A DNA stretch of 64,000 bases from Raillietiella orientalis (taxonomy: Eukaryota), in contig JAYWIR010000046.1 in the NCBI GenBank assembly GCA_036172245.1, positions 62,001-126,000 of the forward strand. Reading direction: 5' to 3'. The notes under the pieces were generated by a model. It worked only from the letters and a program-made list of their open reading frames with translations, had not been told where the DNA came from and did not search any database. A program made the translations under genes and the position numbers. Numbering within the stretch: position 1 is the stretch's first letter; each line of letters opens with the position of its first letter. Shown here piece by piece: positions 23,306 to 47,900 of the stretch.

Positions 23306-24605
23306 ATGTTGGCGAAAGATGGAGAAGCTGAAGTCTGTGTTGTAGGTTGGTACAATTTAGATGTCTCTTTAAATTGCTTATAAATATTTAACTGCACTTT
23401 GCCATTTTTCTTTAAGGTGAAAAGATTTTGTGTTATCATGGTCCATTGCTTTATGAAGCGAGATGCCTTAAAATAGCAAATAATGGTGAAGTAGTACGTT
23501 ATTTTGTTCACTACGCCGGATGGAAAAAAAGGTATGTAAACTTGATGGCTTGATGGCAACAGAATGTCTGAATTTCCACAGCTGGGATGAATGGGTCATT
23601 AAAGATCGAATTTTAAAATACAATGAAGAAAATTTGATGAAAAAGGAGGAATTATTACAGACAAGCTCCACGTAAGTCCTACAATTCGAAAATATTTCTA
23701 AATTAGCTCGTTTGTCAGAAAAAACAAAAAAGTGCTCAAAGGTGCAAGTCGTGGATTTCGGGACCGAACTACAATATGCAAGGAGGTAAGAATGGGAATC
23801 TTATTATGCTTTTGATTTTTTAGTTATCTTAAGGAAAATACTTCCCAAATTCAATTAATTTTTCCCGGAGATCTACAATCACAATTATTTAATGACCAGA
23901 ATTTAATAGTTCATCAAGGTCTCCTTGTGAAATTACCTGCTAATCCTAATGTGTGCCAACTTTTAAGCAATTTCTGTCATCAACATTCTCAGTCTGAATG
24001 TTCTGCTAATACGTGGTATAGAGAATCAAGAATCAAGTTCCATTACTTACATTTTCCAGCATGATGTTAAGGGAAGTTTGTGATGAATTGCAAGAATATT
24101 TTGATGTCCTTCTACGAGTCAAACTTTTGTATGTAGAGGAGTATGAACAGTACAAAGAGGTATATGTGCTTTCTCTAACTTTGGTAGCTGTGTGGACTTG
24201 AATTTTACAGATTTGTGATGCACAGTCAGGTCAGTCACCAAGCCAAATTTATGGACTAATCCATCTGCTCCGTTTGATTGGTTAGTATGTGGTGTGTACC
24301 CAGTGATTTCACTTTTCCATAGTTTACCTTCCTAAAGTATTGCAGTCTCATTTGGATGATAAGGACATTCAGCAACAATTAGCAAATATTCTGAATGATT
24401 TGTTAAAGTATGTAGCATGCTATAGTTCATTTCATATTTCAGCAGGTATTTGGTAAAGGAAGTAGTTCCATCATGTGCTAGGAATCAATATAGAGAGAAA
24501 ACTTCTGGTCATCACCAAGAAGCTCTCTCAAATCTGTCTTGGAAGAAGGTGAAGGAGGAATCAAAATCAGAATCCTTGCTTGATGTGAAACCAGAATTAA
24601 ACTGA
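23306..24605 (+). CDS. Divergent MRG15/MORF4L1-family protein (chromo-barrel plus MRG domain), ~9 short exons
   Basis: Manual splicing gives GEKILCYHGPLLYEARCLK..YFVHYAGWKKSWDEWV..RILKYNEENL (chromo barrel) and IQLIFPGDLQSQLFND..LVKLPANPNV..LREVCDELQEYFDVLL..LLY..QY..PSQIYGLIHLLRLI..LP (MRG domain). All introns are GT-AG. Stop TGA at 24603-24605. Confidence 0.88.
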
Positions 24606-25318
24606 GGATTAAAAAAAGAGGTATGGGAATAGGAACTCCATATGAAGACTTTCATGTAATCACAAAAATACACTTTGCTTTAATTTAAAAAGTGTTGTTT
24701 TGATGCCTTTTTAATAATTAGAAGTTTATGATGTAACAAATACTGAATTAATTACAGAATGATGCGTTTCACTAAACTACCCCAAGGGTGCTACTAAAGA
24801 ATACAAGAAATTTTTCTTTAAGTTAAACACCCAAAAAAAATCAACCATCTAAAGGTAATAAAAAGTGAGTTCTCCCAAATAATAAATGGAAACCTTAAGA
24901 CAGAATCTCCATCAAATTTCGATATTCAAATAATAATGCAAATAAAATGGAAATTTGCAAGTGTTTATTCAAATATTATTGCCTCTTTTGCCTCAAGAGG
25001 AAAAAAAATCATAACCACCATCCAAGAGCAGTCATTTCTAAGTATATTTAAAAATTGGACTGCTCCTTTCTTTAGAGTAATGAAGTTAACATATGCCGAA
25101 AACTGTATGCTATTGATTTTGCCTTTTTAAATTGCAAAATTTTTTCATATAATAAAGAATAACTGCATAATACTTCTTTCAATTCCACTTTCATAAGCAG
25201 CATTATTTTATTCGTGCAAATTACTTCAATATAACAATAAACTCGACACATTTGACTACAGTGTAAACGTAGTGGATAGAATGTAACAAAATCGAATTAT
25301 CAAGCAAAGGTTGAACCC

Positions 25319-25352
25319 TTTACGAATTGCGTTTGAACACGCAATTCGTAAA
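25319..25352. repeat. Perfect inverted repeat, 14-bp arms, 6-nt spacer
   Basis: TTTACGAATTGCGT-TTGAAC-ACGCAATTCGTAAA. Confidence 0.9.
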
Positions 25353-27277
25353 CCTACTCAGAACAAAATTTTTGCTTCTTCCATGAAACAGTCAATACTT
25401 TAATAAATGGGAAGTATTTTGGACAACTCTGCTCATTTATAGTTGAGGGTTTATCTGGACTCCTGAATTTGATTTCCTTGTTTTCAGAAAAGGCGTCATC
25501 TGCGTATTTACGTCTCAATTTAAGGTGATTTCATATTTGATCTTCAGTTCTCTATTACTTCAAACCAGAAATAAGCACAAAAGCAAACCAGAAATTATCA
25601 TTTAATTCGTATAGTAAAAACGGTTAGAGTTCAAACAAAGACGAGATTGCTACAAAACAAGAGGTTTCTTACCAAATTTCATCATTTTATGATTTTTAAA
25701 ATCGTAGCTCATCTAAAAGTACAATTACATGAGTATTGGAAATTTCAAGCTCGGTGAAATCACTTTGAGGATATTTTAGATTATCTTTCAGTTCCGTCCT
25801 AACTATGGATTATCAGTGAAGGTCATTGGAATGACCACAATAATGCAAACAATTGGTTGCTCATGAAAGATCATTTTCAGCAGCACCTAAATAAACTTAT
25901 TGATTTCCCATCGTGTAAAAAATTATGGATGTTCCTATCCACTTAATTTAGAAAGCAGAAGAGATTCTACCTATCCTAGGCAAATAAAAGCAAATGACTT
26001 ATTATATTTGAGAACATCTATGTAAACATTGTGTTCGAATGTGATAGATTCTCCAATTCGATGGCAAGCTGAACTAATTATTTGCAATCAGTTCAGTTAA
26101 CATCTTTATTCTTTATGAGATTCTTTTGGAAAAAACAGGTCATCTGAGGCTTGCGAAGTTCTCTTTTCCGATTTTCACTTCTCAGCATGAAAGGACTTTC
26201 TGAATTCACATGGTAACAGAATGCATATGTTTAGAATTGTGTTTCCCCTAAACACAGAATTGCCAACCAATGCCATTCCTGACTAGTTTCATCGGTTTCG
26301 ACATTCATAATTGTGTCTCACTGGTTTCTAAAACCATGTTCACGGTTATATGCTATATTTTGATCATCTCTATCAAGTGTATTAGACGAAAATTTAATTT
26401 TCATTCACTAATGGATGCTTATTTCATGCCTCTTATCCGGGATTTCTAAATAAATTTTGGGAACAGTAAGAATGAAAAGAATAAATACTGGGAGAATATA
26501 ATTTATTAGTTGAGCCTGTATGAAAAAATTCATATCATTGCTTCATTTAAACACGACATGGTTTAAATAAAAAATGTTTCAATATATGTTTTAATGATTT
26601 TTTTTCAAACAGTAGATAGTATGCTTGTAGCTTTAATTTCAATTTTCTATTAAGAAAAACTGCCTTGCTTATTTCTACTTCGAATTAATAGTCAGTTGAA
26701 GACCGAATATGGAATCACAATAACTTATAATCAAATATAAATAATCAAATCGATCCTTTAAGAAAACAAAGAGATCAAGTTCAGAAATCCTGAAACCATC
26801 AACAGTTATTGAGAAGAATGCTGAGTCATTATATTTTTGTTAGCTTGATAGTTTTAATTATTTTATGCTTAGCGAAAGCTAACTGCATCCCTTTTCTGTA
26901 TTTAGATTTTGCGTGATTTTCACTATAAAAAATGATTATTTTATTAATGCACTTTTTTCTACTTGTCGATTCTTTCTTACATGATCATAAATAATGATGA
27001 ACATAACATAAAGAAATTTCTGGAGATGGATAATGAATTCTCACGTAAATACAGATTTATTCACACAACTACAATTTGAAACATTTATTTCTATACTCAT
27101 ATACATCTCAGTTTATTTTATGTATGGGTTTTTCCAGAAACATAGCAAAAAGACATTCTGGCAATTTTCGTGTCTGATAGCAAGTTACGATAAGACGTAA
27201 ATGTTCGTAGTGTTAAGCATAGCCATGGGATGAATGCACATTGATAAAAACATTTTTAACCTTAGAGTCCGGTAATT

Positions 27278-32763
<5,486 letters not shown>

Positions 32764-33361
32764 TTCCAGAGAATCATTGAGGCTATTTATATGATAGAAA
32801 ATTTATTAAAGATATTTCTTCATTTGTTTACTTGTACCAGTTTTAATGCATTTCAAGTATTTTATTTTTTTTTAATTTTATTATACTGCACTTCACCCAT
32901 TTGGGAGTCATCCTATGAGAGTGTCCACTCACAAGACACGAATATTTTCAAAATGCGTCATTTTAATGATAATTTTAAAAAGCGTAAAACTTGTGAATCA
33001 TTGCAACATTTAAAAATTGAAGTATAATACAAATATTTTCGTTGTGAATCAAAGAATGACTTAAATCGATATTAAACTGATTAAATTATTGCCCTTTTTT
33101 TCATAGCTTGTTTATGCCAAGTCGTATCAGTACTAATCTGCACGCGTATTAGTTGAATTATGGTGATGCATGTTTCTTGATAGGTAGTGTTTGATACTCA
33201 ATTTATACAACGCTGACTCCATAATAGATTTTAATACTCGAGGCTATGAAACAGCTTTGTGACAGAATACATTGGATGCCTCTTGATGTCTAAATTGAAT
33301 AAGTCAAAAACGCAAGTCGAGTTGTACAGAAAACTTAACTTATGTTACAGTAACAAGGGTC

Positions 33362-34265
33362 ACGTTTGCATGGCGTGAAACGTGAAGTATCAATGATCTT
33401 AACTAATGTTACAGTAGTACTGCTCTTAGAAAAACGTTCTGAGTGGAACTACGATGTAAGCAACTTTGTATTGAGTGGAAAAGGGAATAATAAATCCAAT
33501 CGGCATTCTCTACATAACATGAAGCAAGAATTTACTTGGGAAGTTAGATCACAAAAACGGTGTTTTGGAAACCTCTTAAGAAAAAGTTTACCAAGGTACA
33601 CCTAATCCTCTAGAAGAGCCTTCGTAAGTTCAGATAGATGTATAATTTATCAGATACGATAGCACGTTAGTTTTTGAACAGGAAAGTGAATCATGAACAA
33701 AGCAATTTAGAACGCACCACACAAAATCGACTTCAAGACATTTTTGTTCTGATTTTCCAAAAGGAAAAAGGAAAACAACCTACTTATTCTGAGAATTTTT
33801 TTTTCATTTCCAGAATTCAGTCCTAAGGAAAATTTTATACCTCCATTCTTTGTTCTTACACATGCATTTGAATCTATCATTGATATGAAATTGTTATTTG
33901 CGATTCTCAATTTCAGTAGATAGTTTCTCCCAAAACCAATTCATTTTGTCTTTTTCTGTACTGAGCAGAGTTTTATCACGAAAACTCTATACCTTATTTT
34001 ATAATCGGAAGAGCAATTGCAATAAAGAAAACCATTTTCTCGATTATTCCCATACACACGGAGAACGCTTTTCTTTTCAGTTTTTGTGCTTTCTGTAAAT
34101 AGTAACTGCGAATAGAAATTAAATACAGTATATCATACCAATGTCACAGATGAATCCATTTTTTTTTTTTTTTAATGTGATACTTAAAGTAAAAGGGAGC
34201 TTAAACTCTTTATTGACTGCCTTTAAACGTTTGCATGGCGTGAAACGTGAAGTAACTGTGATCTT
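33362..34265 (+). repeat. Direct repeat pair, 28 bp exact and ~39 bp with mismatches (33362-33400 and 34227-34265)
   Basis: ACGTTTGCATGGCGTGAAACGTGAAGTA followed by TCAATGATCTT or ACTGTGATCTT. Confidence 0.9.
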
Positions 34266-36308
34266 TAAGCACACAAAAGCTAACAAACAATAAGTAGTCA
34301 GCCAGGATAGGATGATGTTTTCTGTAGATCAGATAAGGCAAATAAATTCAAAATGATCTCAGTATTCCAGAGGCCAATTCGTTGCCATTCATTGAAACTT
34401 TTGAAGCAAAGCTCTATTGATTTGTCTTGGAATCATGTCTGAGACGGGGAGAGAAGATTTTAGTATTCCCCTCTCTTTAAAATTGAGTATTAATCTTTCA
34501 AGAGATTGAAATTTCTGGTATTCATTCAATTTAAGAGTTTATGATTCTCGGCTGGCTTCTGGATAGCGGCTTACGGAATTTCTGTAGCTGCCAATTGCTC
34601 CAAATGAGTTGAATCTCTCTCACATAAAATGAATTGTCATTTTGGATTTTCGTTTTCAAAAATCTGAAGCCGATTTTTTGGAAGCGGAAAGCCCCGTTTT
34701 CTAAAAAATGGGACAGGATTAATCTATTATGAATCGGACACTTTGTGGTTGCTACAAGTAATCATGGACTTAAAACAGAAAGTCGTGCTAAAGTTTGTTG
34801 GAGTATTTAACGTATGTCTATAGTCTAGAATGTAAAGTGTGGAAGTATAATCTTCAGGAGTTTCGTTGGACCCTGCTTTATGTTCTATTCTGATTAGTTT
34901 TAAGTCACAAGCGACAAGTGTCTTCTGGAATCATTCAAGATGTTTTGCATCAGTTTCGTTTTTTAAATCATTCTTTGATTTTTTTTAATTCAGTAAGGTT
35001 TATAGATTAAAATGCATAAGTCAATTGTATAAATCCATCAGTTTGTTTGATCACACAACTTTTCCAAAGTGGACGAACTGCATGCAGGAGATGCGAATAC
35101 ATGGTACAAATATAAGAGTTTTCCAAAGAAAGCATGCACCCAAATTCATTCTATAGATGGTATCACGTTACCTGTACTCAATGTACACTATTGAAATTCA
35201 ATATATTTAAGTGCTCATCATTGCTCAACGTATAATCATTTACGAGAACTGAATACATGTTGTTGAATTAGCTTTATTCAACTTAATTCTCTATTTAAAA
35301 TATAACATGAAATCAGTAAGGATGTAGAAACCCATTAGCATTCAGAGGTTTTTGTGCTGGATATAAGTGAAACCTGCATACGAACATCCCAAAATACTGC
35401 TTGCATTCAAGATTATTATATTAAAATTTGGGATTCTTGTATCGTGAATTGTAATTTTTCATTATAGTCTGTATTGATTCATACGCAGGTTAATCAATGA
35501 GCGGCGAGAAATCCGCATTTGTTTAAAGGTTCGTTTAGTACATTGAGTATGTCTGCTACACTTCGAAGTTACTAGCAACATTGAAAGTCTTTACACGAAG
35601 GAATATGCTATTGCAAACTTACGGTGCAAAACTTTGATTCGAAACGTTCAGGATCTCCAAGTGGACAGATAATGGGCCACATATCGGCAACGTGCACACA
35701 TGAGTTACATTCAGTGTTAAAAGTTGATAATTACTTTATCATGTGTGTTTATTTCCAATGATCTTAAGTTTGCATTTATCGTTTTCTAGTTGTAGTCAAT
35801 TTTTTTTTTCAAGTTGTTAATTCTCGTATATATCGACATATCGCCAAAGATTTGTTAAAATGATTCCATTTGCAAAATTCGTAATTGCAGTTCAATTTTG
35901 TCTATGCTTATGCGATTAGGCCTTCCTGATGAAATCTGTTTTCAGGCCTTACTGGTAAAATGTGAATGAAGTCACAGTTAACTGACCCCAAAATATGAAT
36001 TTATGCCAAAGTGATTTCGTGTTTTTTTTTGAAAATGTACAGCATGCCGTTTAGTTGAAATTGTTTTTTATTTCTGTGTGTTATAAAGATTCTACGTATT
36101 AATAGAAATGCTTTCAACTCCGTAGCCCGGTCTCGTATTTTTTCTGGATACAGGTGTTTGGGAATAATGAGAAAATTCTTTATAACTGCATGTATATCCA
36201 AAGTGCCTAATTGAAAGTAATTTTTTTTGCAGCTATAAAGTTGTAGTCATGCTTATTTATTTTAAATTCGGTGCGAATTCGCCTTGGAGAGTTTTGTGAT
36301 AATCGGAT

Positions 36309-42521
<6,213 letters not shown>

Positions 42522-44974
42522 CAAATTACTCTTGATTTACATGTTTCAGCAGCTTTCGGTTTGATGTAACAAGAGATGCCTGATTGAATGTAAATCAGTA
42601 GTCAGTAATCCCAGTGCAATGATAAACATTCCAGTGATTCTAAACGTTGGCTTTTTGCAGTATTATTCATTCCAAAATTACAGAATTCAATCATTAACTT
42701 AAAAAAGTTTATTATAATCACCAGACGCTTTTATAATGGAAGAGGATGCTATTTATTTCTGCACTTGAACTACTTTTTGATTTGGAGTTTTGTTTATGAT
42801 ACACATGACAACTTGTGATAATGAGAAGCCACATGAATTGTGATGAGATTGAATTTGTAGTGTATCATGCATTTTGATTGTGTATGGCCGTGCGTAGATA
42901 TATATATTGTAATAAATATTTATAACACTGGAAGTGATGTAGTCCTCTTTAATTATTATGGGATTTTCATTTTGTTCGAAAAGGGAAAGGTGTTTGTTAA
43001 TCTTAAAGCTTACTATTAAGTTTATAGAATGAAACTTATTAAGGCTTGCTTGGGGAATTGCAACTGACCACACACATTATCATGCAACGGTGGTCACAGG
43101 AGTCAAAGTGAGCAGTAAATTCTAGTTTCGACATGGCGAATCGAACTGGAGAATAATGAAATAGGAAACTCAACATTCACATAAAATTCTCAACACAAGG
43201 TACTAAATAAGTGATACCTGGAGAAAAATTAAAATGAAAAATACAAAAATGCTAAAATACTAAATTTTTATAAGAAATCAAGGAAACTATGTACTCAACC
43301 CAATGCAAATTAGAAATTTTCTTTTGCTGTTTTGATGGTGACATCGTTATACCATGTTACACAGTCCTCGGTTCAGATACACAGTGTTCAGACATTTCGA
43401 AAATAACTTGGAAAGAACGAAAAACTGCAATAATAAAATTATAATAATAAATCCCTTGGCAAATAGATGTGAACATTAAAAACAAAGCACTTCACAAGCA
43501 TAGAAGTATGCATTTTATTTCCAGCTATTTTGCTGGTTCAAATGAACATCAAACAAGCTTCAGTTGTGTGTTTTCCGAAAGGAAGTCTTTGCAGATAGCT
43601 CATGATTAGGCTAATCTTCGGCTACATCAAGTTCTCATTCCGACAGGTGACTTAGAGTGGGGAAGCTGTCAAAGGTGAGGCATTCACCAGAACTGCAGCA
43701 CAGGAAGGTTTTCACATATTGCTAATCTCGCAATGTTCAGCAGAAACCTACAAGTACGTTGGTTTCCTCCTACAGACTTTTTGCGAGAGCATTTTAGTAT
43801 GTTTACGTTCGAAGTCAAAGTAGCGGAAGATAGGCATCACATTGCCTTCCCAGACAGCAGGGTAAGTATAATAGATATGTGTGTTTGCAAGAGCTGTATA
43901 GGGATTTTTCTGTTTAGTATCTGTCCCAAAGAATCGTGTTCCAAGAGAATGTAAATAGATTGGATCTTTGTAAATAGATGGAACGTTTCATCATGTATAA
44001 AGCCTTTTTGTAATGTTGAAAGGAATGGATGGGATACTAAGAAAGTTCGTACTCTTGCAGTGCACTATTATAACAAAGTTTGTCTATTATAGCGTCCTCT
44101 GCAAACCTTGTTATAATATCATTTAACCAGATTCCTTTTGCAGTTGGGAGCAACCACCCTAGAGATCAGTGTATTGTGGGTAAAGGGATATTTGGTTTCT
44201 TTCCCAAATAAAAAAAGTATAGTACTCTTCCTCATTTACTACGTAGTAATCGGGTCTCATAAGGGAAATTACATAAGGTCTTATTTGCAAACTCTTGAAA
44301 TTTATTGGACTTACTCTTAAAAGCATAAATCGGATGGTTCCTACTTTTCTGCATTGGACAATGAAATTCATGAGTTGTCTTTTCCTGCATCCAGATTGTG
44401 ATGCAACAAGACTGTTATTATAAGGAACATAGTTGTTGCATCATCATCTAACAAGCAATACGAATATGTAACATACCAAAGTCAGTTCAAGCAGGCTCTG
44501 AACAATTTATAAAATAAAATAACAAATCAACTACAAATCAAAAATCAACTAGAAAAAAGGATTCTCTTTGACAATGAACAGCAGTTGTATGATGCAACTT
44601 GAAACCAACCTAGTTTTACTATCATTTCATTGACAAAATTAACATTAGATTTTTAAGATAAGCCTTAACGAAAACTCGGGAATCACTCTGGTAAACTGTG
44701 ATACTGAATTTAATAAATTAAAATATGTTGTGAAGGCCACTGTCAAATTTTGGGTTGCAAATACATGCTAATAGGATTTATTTTCTGATGATGATTTGCC
44801 ATCTTACCTGATGTTCTCGATCACCGCCAATCCTGTAACTTAAAGTGACACGAACCCATTCTGTTGCTTCAGCATCGATCCTACTATTATCTATGTTTTA
44901 TAGCAACTACTATTTTCACAGATAAAAAAATACAAATAATTTATTTACTACAACGAGAATTAGAAGAAAAATTT

Positions 44975-47900
44975 CTAAACAGAGAAGACTTGTGCATCTG
45001 AGGCAGCTTGTAATTCAATTTGCGCTAGTTGAAGCTGTAACTTCTCCAAACATTTTGTGGTTTTATCATTAATAGAATCCTTTATGGAACTGTGAGAAAT
45101 GGATTTCTGCAACTGAATCTCAACGTTCGTTGGTAACTTGACTTGAATAATGTGACTAGTAAAAATAAAGAGCTTACTTACTTGGATTTTTTGAGAATGA
45201 AGAATGTGCAACCAAACAGGCAATAAAGTAACAGAAGTTGCACATTGGCATTCAAGAAGGCCTTGAAGCAGATTTACAAAGTGAAATTGTACCATCTCTG
45301 CAATCTACCACAAAAAATAACTTTGCCATTTTCCAGTCAATTACCATTTTCCCTTGTGAAGACAACTGAAAGATAACAGGTGTAATTCTAGCCCAAAAAT
45401 CAGTAAGAGCTGAAGTAATTGTGTGATATTTGTCTATAAAATTGTTTTGGGCTTGCTGTTCCAAGTAGATTGTCCACAGCTGAAGAATATGAATACATCA
45501 CGCCAGTTGAAACATTTTGATATCTATTTACCTGACATAATGTAAAAGCATAAAGAACTGATGTTTTACTTTGTTCGGAGTAAGAAGCTAAAGTTGTCTG
45601 AACCTGATCTGCAATATGACAGGAAGCTTCAGTAGGAATTGGTTGGCAAAGGCAACCATTTAAAGAACCCAAAAGAAGCCATGAAATAACACGCAAATGA
45701 TTTAAACCTTCTACGAATTCACGTGGCCTATGATAGAAATTTTTAAAACATTTCACAATATCAAAAGGCTCACCCTTGCTGATATGACATAAATGAGGAT
45801 GTGAGCCATGGTAACACTCTGGTTAAACTTCGATGTTCGAGTGTAGTTCCCCTACAGATTTCCAAAGCAGCAAACTGTCCTAGTCCAGCTTTCATCAAAC
45901 TCCCTAACATGCCTTCGCTCAAACTTCCATCTCCTCTTAACTTCGGAATTGCATTGCTATCAGATAAAAACTCTAAAACTTCGTTCAAGTGATGCCTAAA
46001 ACATTCAGCTGCTCCCAGATTCAAGTTCAGTTTATTTGCTGGAATTTTAAATTTTTCCAAGGCTGCACAATTATTAAGGTATCCTCCAGCATCCTGCAAT
46101 ATTATTTGTAGGAGGGATAACAAATTGCTGTCAGGTATGCTAGATTTAAAACGTAATATCTGTGTGAACTCATACACCAACATTCGAATTAATAACTGTT
46201 TATCCCTATCCTAAACCACATTATGAATATTGTTTACAACAGTTTATACAGACCTTGACAAAGCCTTTATAACAAAGGTTGCACATTTCCAGTAAAATAG
46301 AATATGGTATGGAAATTTTTTGCAACAAAACATTTATTAATTTTGACAGTACATCAGTAAGGGACTGAGTAAGAAAAGTAAACATGAAATCAAATATTCT
46401 ATACTCACTTTGCAATTTGTTAAGACGGCAATACGTAAGAAGGAATACAAATTTTGACACAAAAGACTGCCTTCTTTAAATTCTTGTAAATTCACAGAGC
46501 ATTTTCTTAAAAACGTCTCCAATAAATTCATTAGTACACTAAAATTATTTGATGAATCAGGGAAGAGAGTATCCAAATAAGTAGCCATGTTCATTAACAA
46601 AACACTTAAATTAAATCCTTGCAAGTTTTTTTGGGATATAAGGTACTACGTGTTCATTAGTATTAAAATAGGATGTCAGTACGTACACCTTACCTCCAAG
46701 GATAATTGTAATGGTGCTAAAGAATTTAATTCATTAAATTCACTTAATGCTTGTGAAATAGTTCGGAAAAATTCTGAACGATACTTTTCTAAAGAAACAA
46801 TATCAAAACTCTTTCGATTTTTACCTTACCATCATTATAGGTTAAAAATATTTGCGTAAATATATTATTGGGGGCCAGCTGATAAAGGGAACAACGAAGA
46901 AACTGTTGCGCAACTGTTGAAGCATTTCCTGGAACATGCACTAATAACCCATCCTCCCATGGTTGTCGTTTCATGGATGCGAGATGAGTGATTAAAATTA
47001 AAATCTCAGGTAAAAATGGTGCTGTCAAACTTGGCTCTCGATGGTTAACAGTCATTAATATAGCAATACAAAGACCAATTTCTTCTTCATCATAGATTTC
47101 TTTGGGTTCTCCACAAAGGGCACAACAATTAGTCACAATATCTTCATCAATTGACGCCATTCTGCAAGAAGGAATAATATTTCTCCAAAAATCTGAATGC
47201 TCTGTAGTTATTCTGAAATGAAAATTTGGGAATGTTTTGAAACATCAATCGACACAGCATACGTTTTGAAAGGCTTATGACTGTCCTTAGATGTGTCTCC
47301 AGTCATTGCATCATGTTTCTGTTGTCCAACGTGATTAGATCCTAATTTTATGTAAATCAAAGAGATTTCAATTACAAGATGAATCAAGTTTATTGACAGA
47401 AAATATACATTGAATTTTAATCAAAATACTGATAACATCTGAGAGAACATCAAGAGAGAACCGAGGATGATACTACGGTTCACTATATGATATTCACAAC
47501 CTCCAATTGAAGAAAACATTTTAAGACGAACGATCAGTTCTTATAAGGATTCATGCCTATAATTACGTACACTATCATTTTAATCATGTTTTATAATAGT
47601 ATAGAAAAGTATTGGCTATCTAAACACATGAATATGCTCCTGAATGAAATTAAAATACATGAACAAGATCAAAAAAATTATACACCAAAATGAAATGAAT
47701 TAAAAATGAGCTTCTTACATTATTTATACAAAATGATTTCAATAGGCAAATGAACAAAATCAACAAACCTGATATATTTCTCACATGGATACTGTGACTG
47801 TATTTGTTGTTAATTAACATTCAACCAAAATGACAACACGTTTCTAAATAAAAATTTAAAATGATTGTTAATAAACTTAAAAGTAATTGCAAATGATAAA

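Noticed and set aside
26255..26345. Mariner-like peptide on minus strand (NVETDETSQEWH)
   Set aside because: Too short and degenerate to distinguish from chance.
35630..35700. TDNGP integrase-like motif
   Set aside because: A single short motif with no other integrase residues or LTRs.
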